Shown one piece after another: positions 22,091 to 35,019 of a stretch of DNA of 64,000 bases. A model generated the notes under the pieces. That model made no database searches. It saw nothing but the letters and a program-made list of their open reading frames with translations, and was not told where the DNA came from. The position numbers and the translations under genes are program-made. Every line of letters starts with the position of its first letter. The first letter of the stretch is position 1. This DNA comes from Octopus sinensis (lineage: Eukaryota), in contig NC_043000.1 of the NCBI RefSeq assembly GCF_006345805.1, positions 1,984,001 through 2,048,000 of the forward strand. Direction: 5' to 3'.

Positions 22091-22197
22091 TACTGAGCAT
22101 GGCACCCTGTCAAATGCTAGGTATAGTGGCTTACTCTGAGCTAAGTTATTTCCATGCAGTTGCCTCACTTGGGAAATAACATCTGTACTACTTTCTT

Positions 22198-22427
22198 ATT
22201 TCTTTACTGCTCACAAGGGGCTAAACACAGAGGGTACAAACAAGGACAGACAAATGGATTAAGTCGATTATATCGACCCCAGTGCGTAACTGGAACTTAT
22301 TTAATCGACCCCGAAAGGATGAAAGGCAAAGTCGACCTCAGTGGAATTTGAACTCAGAACGTAACAGCAGACGAAATACGGCTACGGATTTTGCCCGGAT
22401 TGCTAACGTTTCTGCCAGCTCGCCGCC
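22198..22427 (-). mobile_element. SINE family B with 16-bp TSD
   Basis: TSD TCTGTACTA(C/T)TTTCTT. Confidence 0.9.
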
Positions 22428-24338
22428 TCTGTACTATTTTCTTCTCAGTATAAAGCTGAACTGCATTTCATCTAGGTTAATTCTGCTCCTGATCAATTAT
22501 GTTACGACTCTTTCCCAGATCTTCATTGCTAGGCCCCATAATGTGATTTCTGTGAGTTTCCTCTTTCTGATGCATCTCTTTTACCTATATACCAGTTTAC
22601 AATGATATTGCTATACCAGCTATTTGTCGTGACACCTTCCTGTCTTATCTTCATAACTATTTTGGTGACAAGCAGGTGTCCTACCTTTTCAAATATTTTG
22701 AGCACCCTGCAACTATTCTATAGGGGCCAGCTGCTTTTCCTACCATCATATCCCTCATTGCTTTCATTGCTTTTTTACTATACTGCTGTCAACTTGTATT
22801 GCTGCTCACTCTGTTGGGTCAACATGAGCTTGACCTGCTTTACTCCATGCATTGTCTTCACTGAATTCCCTTCATTGTAACACTTCCATGCTTCTTTCTT
22901 GATACCAGTACTTAGAACAAGAATGCTCTATCATTCTGGATACACTTCTTACGAATGACATCATTGTTTTCCCTGACATACTGTCTTGCAATCTAGAATA
23001 TCTGGTGTCTCTGTTCTTCATGTGGCAGAATATCTCTAAATGTACCTGACACCTAACTTCCCTTCTACATACTGGTTAATACTTTTTGTTTCCACCTTCC
23101 TTCCCATTTTCAAAATCCGTCTCTTAGCTTTCATATACATGTGTGAATGTTTACAAAAACTATGCTGAACTATGGATGGTGATGTTATCTTTTCCAGTTA
23201 GCTTGCAACCAGTGATGTTAGTTGATATTTCTTGTCAACAAATCATCTGCTAGCTCTGTGCTTTAGGATTCTTCTTGAATTAAAAAAAATCCCTTACTTG
23301 AAAAACAGGCAAGGATTGACAACAGGAAGTGCATCTAGCCGTAAAAATCTTACCTCACTTTCATCCTGCCTAACCTATGCAAGCATGAAATAACAGATAT
23401 CAAGCAATACAAATGATATACACCATCATTAAAACTGTGCCATGTCATCATCATTATCATTTAACATCCATCTTCCATGCTGGCATGGGTTGGATGGTTT
23501 GACAGGAGCAAGCAAACCAGAGGACTGCACCAAGCTCCATTGTCTGTTTTGACATGGTTTTACAGTTGGATGCCCTTCCTAACGCCAACCACTTTACAGA
23601 GTGGACTGGGTGCTTTTTATGTGGCACCAGCATGAGTGAGGTCTGTTTTGGCATGGTTTTCATGACTGGATACTTTTCCTAATGCCAATCACTTTACAGA
23701 ATGGACTGGGTGCTAATAAAATAGAGCCATTCCCTATAAGACATGTAAAAGGAAATAGTCCTTAGATAGGAGAGTTGGCCTGAAATGCCTGCATCAGAAG
23801 GGACTTCATTAAAGATACCCAAGGGTCAAGTGGTGTTGTTAAACCAGCTTCATGTGCTGGTCACAGCTGAATCATTAGATCATAGGCTTACTGTATTAGG
23901 GCTAAATAGCAATAACCCTTTGTGTAGGTACATAGATTTGAAATGCATGAAGGACTTCACTTAGCAGGAAGAGAGGCCTTTTGTGTAGTCTCTCAATCTG
24001 TTAGAAAAGATGGTGTCCAAATCATTTCTCAAATCCAATCTACACTCTTAATACAGGAAGACCATATTATGTAAGGTAGCCCTAGATTCCCCTTAAAATG
24101 ATGCATGCTTATGACTGGAATGTCTTTGTACATAGATTTGTGGTCAACGAGACCCCTATATCTGTCCTTTCTTTACCTTAAATCCCTCAACTGGCATAAG
24201 GTTGCACTCCCTTAATGCTTCTCCCACCACATCCCAGTTGAAGGATTCTTGTCTTGCAAAGTACTTGGTGAACCTGTTGGTACTGGTGCCACATAAAAAG
24301 CACTGGTGATGGTACCATGTAAAAAAAAGCACTGAGTA

Positions 24339-24849
24339 CCATAAATCCTCGAGTATAATCTACATTTTTTTCCCAAAATTTAAAGGTCAAAATCCCTAGT
24401 GCGTACTATATACGAGGTTAAAAATGAAAAATATTTTCTAAGCAATATCCGAGTCTCTATTTGCTGTCCGGTAATGTTTACTCAGATGCATTTTGTGATG
24501 TCAGGCACGAAAATACCTTAGGCTAAGCCTGAAAGCAATGAAGTCATAAAAGAATCATCCATAACTTGCAGGAAGCAACATTTATTTCTGTTATTACTGT
24601 TATTTCTTTATTTTCTGCAAACAAAATGCACAAAAAAGCTACACGTTTGCATTATGTTATATGTACATTAATAATAAAGGATATTACCGTATACAGTTTT
24701 ACAAACCAAGGACGTTATATAGACCTCCTTGACTTAAGTTAGAGAAGGGGTGCATATTATACACAAGGTTTAGGTTTTACAGAGGTACAGCCCCCTAAAA
24801 ATCCCCTGCGTATTATACTCATTGGCGGACTATACTCAAGGATTTACGG
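24339..24849. mobile_element. pogo/Tigger-type MITE nested in an RTE-type 3' tail
   Basis: TA|CCATAAATCCTCGAGTATA ... TATACTCAAGGATTTACGG|TA. Flanks rejoin as AAAAGCACTGAG-TA-CACCCTGTAAAGTGG. Confidence 0.85.
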
Positions 24850-25994
24850 TACACCCTGTAAAGTGGTTGATGTTAGGTAGGGCATCCAGCTGTATAAACC
24901 ATGCTAAAACAGACTATGAAACTTGGTGTGGCCCTGGCCTTCCCAGTTCCTGTCAAGCCATCCAACCCATGCCAACATGGAAAACGGGCATTAAAATGAT
25001 GGTGGTGATATTTATATATCATTCATTAGTTTTCAGTGATTTCCCCTTTGACATAATGGCTTAATGGCACTCATTATTTTTTGGAGCAATTGGTTTTAGT
25101 TTTTGGTTGTCCTTCCACTTGGCAGCCTTTTAATTGTGATGTAGTAATAGAACTTGCTGTCAACCATATTGACTGAAGAGTACAGCACAATGTATTCAGG
25201 TTTGAAGTGATCACTAAATAAGCAGTTCTTTAACATCTCTGCCATAAGGCTTCATTTCCATACACGCCAGCTGAATTCAATTCGTCCCCAGTTGAAAGAC
25301 ACCTGTTGTTATGTCCTGTTATTATTATTATTTTTATTGTATTTTTGTATTTATATTCGTGTAACCTCGTCTGTTTTTCCGTCCTTGTTTTTGAATACAT
25401 TTGATTCTTTTTTCCAAGGGATCTAATGATCTTAGCTTAGTTGTTCCTTGGGGCTGGCCAGATTGGAGCAATCTCAAGATTAATCAGCTGAAATTGTGAG
25501 GATGATCCGGTTCTTGACTGAAGATAAAAGGCTTTGAATGACCCATCTGTTTTTTTGGTATCGTCTATCTGGATGTTTTGTTGTCCCTTTTTGTATCACC
25601 TAGCTGTCCGGATGTTTTGTGTTCTTGTCCCATTTTGTATTTTATATATATATATATATATGGTGGGGGTTTTGTATTTGTCACACTGTTTGACAACTGG
25701 TATTAGTGTGTGTATGTCCTTGTAACTTAGCAGTTCAGCAAAATAGACTGATAGAATAAATACCAGACTTTAAAAAATACGTGGTGGGTGGGGGTTGATT
25801 TGTTTGACTAAATCCTTCAAAGTAGTGCACCAGCATGGCCAAAGTCCAGTGGCTGAAACACATTAAAAGATAGACATTCTTGATTCTTTCTTTTATTCAC
25901 CTTGGACATGTTAAATTGAGGATATACTCTGACCACTCATCATTACCTTTATCTCTCTTTCATGCACCCCTCCGTCCACCTTCACCCACCCATA

Positions 25995-26499
25995 TCTATA
26001 TATATAAAACTGTAGTTGTGTGAGTGTCTGTCCCCTTCGATTTAGATTCCTAACTCCTCCCACATTTTGCGGTGCAGTTTAACCAAATTCGGGTATCTTA
26101 TAGTCGTGATTCATATCGAGCCCGTCTGGCTATAGCGCGCGTCAACGATGAGTCTACGATTTTAAAAATAATTTAACATCATTTTTTATTCCATTTTAAT
26201 GCCTAAAATGCATCGTGTGTCGATGGCGGCGGAGTTGGCGTCCACGCTCACAGCTGCACCTGTTTGCTTCTTCCCTTTCCCTCCCTCGTGAAGCTGTGGG
26301 GAAGGGAGTGTAAAGAAATCAACGTCGTAATGCGTTGTGAAGGAAACCAGCATTCTTTTAGAACAACGACTTCATGGCTTGAAGACACCAAAACAAAAAT
26401 GGCTAAGAAAGCCCGAATTTATAAGGGAAGTAACTCTCTAAAAATGCTTATATAGTTATTTCCCTTACAAACCCGAGCAACGCCGGGCGATACTGCTAG
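25995..26499 (+). mobile_element. Non-autonomous Helitron, copy 1 of a tandem pair
   Basis: A|TCTATATATATAAAAC 5' end, subterminal hairpin CCCGAGCAACGCCGGG, CTAG 3' end. Confidence 0.9.
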
Positions 26500-27012
26500 T
26501 CTATATATATAAGACTGTAGTTGTGTGAGTGTCTGTCCCCTTCGATTTAGATTCCTAACTACTCCCACATTTTGCGGTGCAGTTTAACCAAATTCGGGTA
26601 TCTTATAGTCGTGATTCATATCGAGCCCGTCTGGGTATTAGCGCGCGTCTACGATAAGTCTACGATTTTAAAAATAATTTAACATCATTTTTTATTCCAT
26701 TTTAATGTATAATTTTTCGGGTGTCGATGGCGGCGGAGTTGGCGTCCATGGTCACACCTGCACCTGTTTGCTTCTCCCCCTTCTTCCCTCCCTCGTGAAG
26801 CTGTGGGGAAGGGAGTGTAAGGAAATCAACGTCGTAAAGCGTTGTCAAGGAGACCAGCGTTCTTTTAGAACAACGACTTCATGGCTTGAAGACACCAAAA
26901 CAGAAATGGCTAAGAAAGCCCGAATTGGCATCTATAAGGGAAGTAACTCTCTAAAAATGCTTATATAGTTATTTCCCTTACAAACCCGAGCAACGCCGGG
27001 CGATACTGCTAG
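26500..27012 (+). mobile_element. Non-autonomous Helitron, copy 2 of a tandem pair
   Basis: Starts TC immediately after the CTAG of copy 1; ends CTAG|T. Confidence 0.9.
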
Positions 27013-27461
27013 TGTAACATAAAATAGCACTGTATCTACTCTTCCTCTTACTCAATGTTCCCCACCTTCCTTATCACCCTCACTGACCCCCTAACAATAC
27101 TCTTTTGTTCTGTTTCTTTTCATTAATTCCTTCTCTAAAGCCAGCGAACTGGCAGAATTGGTAGCATGCTGGATAGAATGCCTAAGCTTAGTATTTCTTC
27201 TGGCTCTTAATGTTCTGAGTTCAAATTCTGCCAAGGGTAACTTTGCCTTTCATCCTTTTTGGCTCAATAAAATACATATCAATTGAGTATCGAGTTTGAT
27301 GTGATTGACTTACTCCTCCCCTGAAACTACCGACCTTGTTCCAAGATTAATTTCTTGAAAAAGAAATTTTAATTTTCTTAAAAAAGGATTAATTTCTTCT
27401 CTTGTACTTTCTATTAGTCTCTCCATTACCACCCTCTTACAACAATAAACCTATTCATCAT

Positions 27462-27602
27462 CATCATCGTTTAACGTCCGTTCTCCATGCTAGCATGGGT
27501 TGGACGGTTCGACCGGGGATCTGGGAAGCCATGTTGGCTGCACCAGGCTCCGGTCTTATCTGGCAACGTTTCTACAGCTGGATGCCCTTCCTAACGCCAA
27601 AC
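27462..27602 (-). mobile_element. RTE 3' terminal fragment
   Basis: (CAT)n CGTTTAACGTCC..GGATGCCCTTCCTAACGCC. Confidence 0.8.
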
Positions 27603-28049
27603 CTATTCATCCTAATTGTACTTTAACTTCTCTCAGTACCTCACCCCAAATCATAACCCTTTTTTCTCTTCTCCCTTTTTTCTAGTCATAGGGGCTATTT
27701 GTGAGCCACAAAACGACCTCATAAGTACCTGTACCACACAAAAATGCATCCAATACACTGTGTAAAGTAATGGGAAAGGAAATGGAGGTGATGCATGGTT
27801 GAGAGGATTCTTTATTTTTGCTGAAGGCATGACATCCACTCCAGGGCTGGTGCCATGGGAAAAATGTACCTGTACACTCTGAAAGATGGGCATCCAGCTT
27901 TAGAAACTATTCAAGTAAAGAGACATCTGAGTAAGATATGAGCTTCCAAAGTCTAGGAGTGTTATAACTCTAAAAAGAACTGACTTAGATCCTGACAAAA
28001 TGTTCAACCCATGTCACCAGGGAAAGCAGTTGTAAAATGATGATGATAC

Positions 28050-28221
28050 TTTGGTGCAGGAGTGGCTGTGAGATAAGTAGCTTGCTTACCGACCACATGG
28101 TCCTGGGTTCAGTCCCACTGTGTGGCATCTTGGTCCAGTGACTTCTACTATAGCCTCTGGCAGACCAAAACCTTGCAAGTGGATTTGATAGACAGAAACT
28201 GAAAGAAGCCCGTCATGTATA

Positions 28222-28254
<33 letters not shown>

Positions 28255-28480
28255 GTGTGTGTGTGTGTATGTGTTTGTCACCCCACCATTGCTTGACAAC
28301 TTATGTTGGTGTGTTTACGTCCCTGTAACTTAGCGGTTCGGCAAAAGACACCGATGTAATAAGTACTAGGTACTAGGCTTACAAAGAATAAGTCCTGGGG
28401 TCGATTTGTTTGACTAAAGGCAGTGCTCAAGCATGGCCGCATTCAAATAACAGAAACAAATAAAAGAATAAAAGAAAATA
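28050..28480 (+). mobile_element. SINE family A
   Basis: Complete architecture with AAAGAAT tail. Confidence 0.85.
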
Positions 28481-28701
28481 TCTATGTGGGGAAGCACTGC
28501 CTACCTCGCCCCTCACAATTCGACCCACTGTTACCACTCTTTCTCACTAATGCTACTCTTTCCCTTTCCTTTTCATTACTCCCTCCCAACAAGGCTATCA
28601 GATGTTCTGATGTCATCTACTTGGCTTCATTGATTTGACTCTACATATTTGAGATCAGACTTCTTGATCTTTCATTCATTTTTATATTTCTCCTGTTTTA
28701 A

Positions 28702-29032
28702 CCCTTTCATTACCAACCCAGCTGAAACTGACTCTGGCTCTGTAGTACAAATGCCTTGTTTTCATAAGTTTTGAATTAAAATCTTCCACCAAACCTTAGT
28801 CACAATTTATGTTCCTAACACTAGCTTAATGATAACTAAGCTATTTTACTAAATTCTTTGTTATATTTGGCTGTGTGGTAAGTAGCTTGCTAACCAACCA
28901 CATGGTTCCGGGTTCAGTCCCACTGCGTGGCACCTTGGGCAAGTGTCTTCTGCTATAGCCCCGGGCCGACCAATGCCTTGTGAGTGGATTTGGTAGACCG
29001 AAACTGAAAGAAGCCTGTCGTATATATGTATG

Positions 29033-29063
<31 letters not shown>

Positions 29064-29319
29064 GTGTGTGTGTTTGTTCCCCTAGCATTGCTTGACAACC
29101 GACGCTGGTGTGTTTACGTCCCCGTTACTTAGCGGTTCAGCAAAAAGAGACCGATAGAATAAGTCCTGGGCTTACAAAAAGAAAATCCCGGGGTCGAGTT
29201 GCTCGACTAAAGGCGGTGCTCTAGCATGGCCGCAGTCAAATGACTGAAACAAGTAAAAGAATAAAAGAATAATTGAAAGTAACCCAGAGCATCTCAAAAT
29301 AAATATGGTAACAAAAGGG
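28702..29319. mobile_element. piggyBac-type MITE interrupted by SINE-A
   Basis: TTAA|CCCTTTC..AAAGGG|TTAA; halves rejoin to match 42693-42912. Confidence 0.85.
28869..29270 (+). mobile_element. SINE family A (slightly 5'-truncated) nested in MITE
   Basis: Starts GGCTGTGTGG; tail AAAGAAT merges with target AAAGTAATTGAAAG. Confidence 0.88.
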
Positions 29320-29514
29320 TTAATGTTTCCCTTATTCTCACTTCCTTCTTTCTCTATATATATCAACATATTTCTCTTTATGCTTATGGGGAGAGGGAAC
29401 GTGTTTATACCAACCACGTTCAATTAATAAAGCATAATGTCTTTCTTCCTTCCTGCTTTCCGTCTCTCACACGCTCTTAATTTGTACGTGTACGTTTATG
29501 TGCACATGTGTGAG

Positions 29515-30092
29515 CTCTTTAGGTCTCACCGAGGAAATGACCAGAGACCGAGACCTTTGGAAGTATGCTGTGCGTGAGAAGACCCGGCTGGACACGTGAG
29601 GCCATAACCCATGGCCCCTACCTGGAACGTGGTCAGTGCACCTATGCATACCTTCCTTCTTGGGACACATAACTCTACTTGTGAAGACCTGTTGAGGCAA
29701 GTGAAAATGGACAAAATCAAAAGCAAACTCGAACATTAATGGAATTTGTAGTTTTGTGGTACCAGTGCCGGTGGCACATACGAAAACCGTCCGAACGTGG
29801 CCGTAGCCAGTACCGCATTGACTGGCCTCCGTGCCGGTGGCACGTAAAAAACACCATCCGAGCGTGGCCGTTCGCCAGCCTCGCCTGCCACCTGTGTGGG
29901 TGGCACGTAAAAAGCACCCACTACACTCACGGAGTGGTTGGCGTTAGGAAGGGCATCCAGCTGTAGAAACATTGCCAGATAAGACTGGAGCCTGGTGCAG
30001 CCTCCTGGCTTCCCAGATCCCCGGTCGAACCGTCCAACCCATGCTAGCATGGAGAACGGACGTTAAACGATGATGATGATGATGATGATGAT
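29515..30092 (+). mobile_element. RTE 3' end (last ORF2 codons plus 3'UTR)
   Basis: TTAGGTCTCACCGAGGAAATGACC..GACCTTTGG matches 12427-12480; (GAT)n tail. Confidence 0.88.
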
Positions 30093-30249
30093 GTGTACGT
30101 TTATGTGTATATGTGTGTGTTTGTGTTTGCTTCCAGTGCCAAAAAGTACTGTTGTCAAGACAGGCTCAGTGTTCCGTCAGCTGTGCCAGATTGCCAGCAT
30201 CCAAACCACCAAGCCCAATTATCTCATTCCACTCCCAGTATCGTCTTCT

Positions 30250-30706
30250 TTGTTTATTTCATCAGAGGCCACCATTCGAGCGTGATCATTACCAGTGTTG
30301 CCTTACTGGCACTTGTGCCTGTGCTAGTAGGGTGCCAAGAACACCATTCCAAGCAAGACCGTTGCCAGAGCAGCCAACTGGCTTCCGTGCCAGTGGCACG
30401 TAAATGGGCACCATTCGAGCATGATCGTTACCAACGTCGCCTTACTGACACCTGTGCTGGTGGCATATGTAAGAGGATTAGAGCAAGGTCATTGCCAGTA
30501 CCGCCTGACTGGCCCCCATGCCGGTGGTACGTAAAAAGCACCCACTACACTCTTGGAGTGGTTGGCGTTAGGAAGGGCATCCAGCTGTAGAAACTCTGCC
30601 AAATGAAGATTGGAGCCTGGTGCAGCCATCTGGTTTGCCAACCCTCAGTCAAAATCGTCTAACCCATGCTAGCATGGAAAGCAGACGTTAAATGATGATG
30701 ATGATG
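30250..30706 (+). mobile_element. RTE 3'UTR variant
   Basis: GTGGCACGTAA repeats, GGCGTTAGGAAGGGCATCC, (GAT)n tail. Confidence 0.75.
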
Positions 30707-30764
30707 CCTGTTGCTCTTTCACAATAATAAATCAGTTCTTCTTATCACACTTTAACTTCTCTCT

Positions 30765-31025
30765 CTTTACTCTTTTTACTCTTTTACTTGTTTCAGTCAT
30801 TTGACTGTGGCCATGCTGGAGCACCGCCTTTAGTTGAGCAAATCGACCCCGGGACTTATTCTTTGGAAGCCTAGTACTTATTTTATCGGTCCCTTTTGCC
30901 ACACCGCTAAGTTATGGGAACATAAACATACCAGCATGGGTTGTCAAGCGATGTTGGAGGGACAAACACAGACACACAGACAAATACACACCACATACAT
31001 ATATACATATACACACACACACACG

Positions 31026-31077
<52 letters not shown>

Positions 31078-31270
31078 ATATATACATACACACACATACA
31101 TATATACGACAGGCTTCTTTCAGTTTCCGTCTACCAAATCCACTCACAAGGCTTTGGTCGGCCCGAGGCTATAGTAGATAACACTTGTCCAAGGTGCCAC
31201 TCAGTGGGACTGAACCCGGAACCATGTGGTTGGTAAGCAAGCTACATACCACACAGCCACTCCTACGCCT
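30765..31270 (-). mobile_element. SINE family A with expanded central microsatellite
   Basis: Full reverse architecture. Confidence 0.88.
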
Positions 31271-31659
31271 AGTTCTCTCAGCATTTCTTCTAAATTTCTC
31301 AATCAATTTCACTCCTCTTATCCATTTTCAACTGTAGAGAGTCTTTAGACTTGTGAGTCACACGGCAATCTCACTAGTGCTGGTACCAAGAAAAAAGTAT
31401 CTAGTACACACTATAAATTTGTTGGCAAATTGAGCAGCGGGTGAGAGGAGTTTTTAGTCTTGCTGGAGACAAGACAAACTCTGTAGTCCTGGTGCCATGA
31501 CAAAATGCACCCAGTACACTCTGTACTGCGATTATTGTTAGCAAGGGCATCTAGCCAGATAAACCTTGAAATATTGGAGCAAGACGTGGTTCCCTAACCT
31601 GTCAAATCCTGTCAAACTGTTCAATGCACACCAGCATGGAATGTCTGTTATGTGGCCTT

Positions 31660-31982
31660 GGGTTGAATCTCACTCTGCAACACCTTGAGCAAGTGTTTTA
31701 TTTTTTTTTGCTATATCCCTGGGCTGACCAAAGCCTTGTGAGTGGATTTGGTAGAAGGAAACTGAAAGAAGCCCGTCGTATATATGTACATATATGTATG
31801 TATGTGTGTCTGTGTTTGTTCCCTCAACATCACTTGACAACCGATGCTGGTATGTTTACGTCCTCGTCACTTAGTGGTTTGGCAAGAGAGACCAATAGAA
31901 TAAGTACTAGATTTACAAAGAATAAGTCCTGGGGTCGATTTGGTCAACTAAAGGCGGTGCTCCAGCATGGCCGCAGTCAAAT
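31660..31982 (+). mobile_element. SINE family A (partial)
   Basis: Core, microsatellite and 3' domain present. Confidence 0.75.
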
Positions 31983-32034
31983 GTATGTGTTTGTGTGTAT
32001 CCTTGTCTAGTCATTATCTGATGGTTGTAAATAA

Positions 32035-32619
32035 GGCGGTGAGCTGGCAGGAACGTTAGCACGCTGGGCGAAATGCGTAGCCGTATTTCGTCTGCTGTTA
32101 CGTTCCGAGTTCAAATTCCGCTGAGGTCGACTTTGCCTTTCATCCTTTCAGGTTCGATAAATTAAGTACCAGTTATGCACTGGGGTCGATATAATCGACT
32201 TAATCCATTTGTCTGTCCTTGTTTGTCCTTTGTGAGTTTAGCCCCTTGTGGGTAGTAAAGAAATAGGTATTTCATCTGCCGTTACGTTGTGAGTTCAAAT
32301 TCCGCTGAGGTCGAATTTGCTTTTCATCCTTTAGGGGTCGATAAATTAAGTACCAGTTATGCACTGGGGTCGATGTAATCGACTTAATCCCTTTGTCTGT
32401 CCTTGTTTGTCCTTTGTGTGTTTAGCCCCTTGTGGGTAGTAAAGAAATAGGTATTTCATCTGCTGTTACGTTGTGAGTTCAAATTCCGCTGAGGTCGACT
32501 TTGCTTTTCATCCTTTAGGGGTCGATAAATTAAGTACCAGTTATGCACTGGGGTCGATGTAATCGACTTAATCCGTTTGTCCCCTCTGTGTTTAGCCCCT
32601 TGTGGGTAGTAAAGAAATA
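32035..32619 (+). mobile_element. SINE family B tandem trimer
   Basis: Full monomer 32035-32265 plus headless monomers 32266-32449 and 32450-32619. Outer TSD GGTTGTAAAT (32023-32, 32620-29). Confidence 0.92.
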
Positions 32620-33180
32620 GGTTGTAAATGAGCATCATTGTTATACAGGTGAGGTTGCTTATTTCAAATCTTCTGTGAAAAACATGTCTGGCTTTGAGAA
32701 AATATTACCTTGCTTGGAAACAGATGTGGATTGGTGACAGGAAGGGCATCCTGCTATTGAAAATCTGCATCAGCAAATTCTGTCTAACCATTGCAAACAT
32801 AGAATAGTGGAATGTTAGATGATGGTGATGGTGATTATATATATCATCATCATCATTTAATGTCCATTATCCATGCTGGCTTGGGTTGGACAGTTTAACC
32901 AGAGCTGGGGAGTTGTACCAGACTCCAGTTTAATTTGGCCTAGTTTCTATAGCTGGATGCCCTTCCTAATCCCAAACAATTTGCAGAGTATGTTGGGTGC
33001 TTTTACACAGCGCGCGCGCACATACACACACACACAAAATTTGAGGGGTTTAGTTCACTTATGATCTAAATGAACAGGTATGCTACGTAAATGCTATAGT
33101 AGGTTGACTGTCAGCTTCCAAGTATACAGCTAAGGCTGGATCTAGGGATCCATGTTAGGGTTCCATTATAGCAAGTATAT

Positions 33181-33697
33181 ATTACATGGAAAAATGCAAG
33201 CATGAAAAGTCATATTCTTAAGATTATAAACCTGGAAAAGTACAGGACAAGTTATTACACCTGTAAAAGTATAGGACAAACTATTAGTTCCAGTAAAGTA
33301 AAGAATAAGAAACTTTTTACTTAAAATATTGCAGCAAAGAATGCCAGTTCTTCTAATTTATCACTCTTTACAGTTCTCATCGTTTAAATTTATTGTACAA
33401 AACTGTTCAGCTAATTTGTAAGTTTGTCTAATTAGTCACGTTTTTCTGTATTTAAGATAGTAAATTAGCCAAATTCTACTTAAATAAGTATAGTATTATT
33501 TGTTAAACTATAATAGAATAAGTTTTAATATTCAAATTTTAATTTTAGCTGCAATATTTTAAGTAAAAAGTTTCATATTCTTTACTTGAAGTAATAGCTT
33601 GTCCTATACTTTTACAGGTGTAATAACTTGTCCTGTACTTTTCCAGGTTTATAATCTTACGAATATTACTTTTCATGCTCGCATTTTTCCATGTAAT
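33181..33697. mobile_element. Foldback/MITE with about 150-bp inverted arms
   Basis: 33181-33335 is the near-perfect reverse complement of 33548-33697. Confidence 0.8.
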
Positions 33698-35019
33698 CCA
33701 TGATTTTTCCAGACATTGCTGTTATAAGATAATTGATAATTTAAGATTTTACCTTATAAAATACTGAAAAATAATATTTCAATTTTTCGATGTAAGTGAT
33801 AATATTTCAATTTTTTATGTTTAATTTAAATATATGTTGTGATTGAATTATTTGATTTTACCCATCCACACCAAATTAATGGCAGGGATTTTTACCCTGT
33901 TGTTAGTTGCACCATGGCTCACCAAAGTTAAAAACAACATGACCCCAAAACCATCAGTTACCAGGCTCACCTTAAGTAACCTAATTTTGCAATAGTAGGA
34001 GGTCATAGGAATTCACTTAATGAAAAAAAAAGTTCCAATGATTCCGGGGATTTTTTCTGAACCAAAATATGGGTAGTAGTAGTAGTAGTAAGAATGCTAG
34101 TCTTTTCAGGTATTTTTCAGAACTATAAATTGTGTACATACATTCATGCATGCATACACACACACACACGTGTGTGTGTGTGTGTGTAGAAATACTCAAC
34201 AAAGTTACATCTATTTCACAGAAACCTCTCCAAATTCTTGATCATTTCTTGAAATACAAAATATAATGGTATTGTTAAAAAAAAAAAAACGCAAACTGCA
34301 GTAACTGTCATTGACATGGTGCTAACTGGTTCTTTAACAAGCCATTCTAGGTCAAGGACAAGTTACCAATTCCAGTACCAGTTCTTCACTGGAAAGTGGT
34401 AAACTAGCAAGAGATTTCTGTCACTTTACATCTGAGATTTAAAAAAGAAAAAACCCAGAAAAAAAACAAATACAACATTCAAATAAAAATACAAAAGAAG
34501 AAACAAAAAAAAAACAACTTGTCATCCATTTACTACTTTATAATTTTGACAGCACCATCTTGTTTTTGTTGCTGTTCTAGTTATTGATGTTACCAGCAGT
34601 AATGTCAGTTGTCATTCCAACAAATACAGTGTTGTTGTTGTTGTTAGTCTTTTTGTAATGGTTACTTTTCTTTATCACTTGTACCATTTGTCATTGTTGT
34701 GTCTGTCAGTGTTGTTGTTGTTGTTGTTATTTTCTTTTGTTTTACTTGTTTCTGTCATTTGGCTGTGGCCATGCTGGAACAACACTTCTTTGAAGGATTT
34801 TAGTCAAACATATCAACCCCGGTACTATTTTTTATTTCTTTATTTATCTATTTATTTTTTGAAGTCTGGTACTTATTTCATTGGTGTCTATTCCTGAACC
34901 ACTAAGTTAATGGGACATAAACAAACCAACAGTGGTTATCAAATGGTAGGAGAACAAACAAAGACACAAACATGCATACATATATATCATACACATCACA
35001 CACGTTTTCTTTTAATTTA

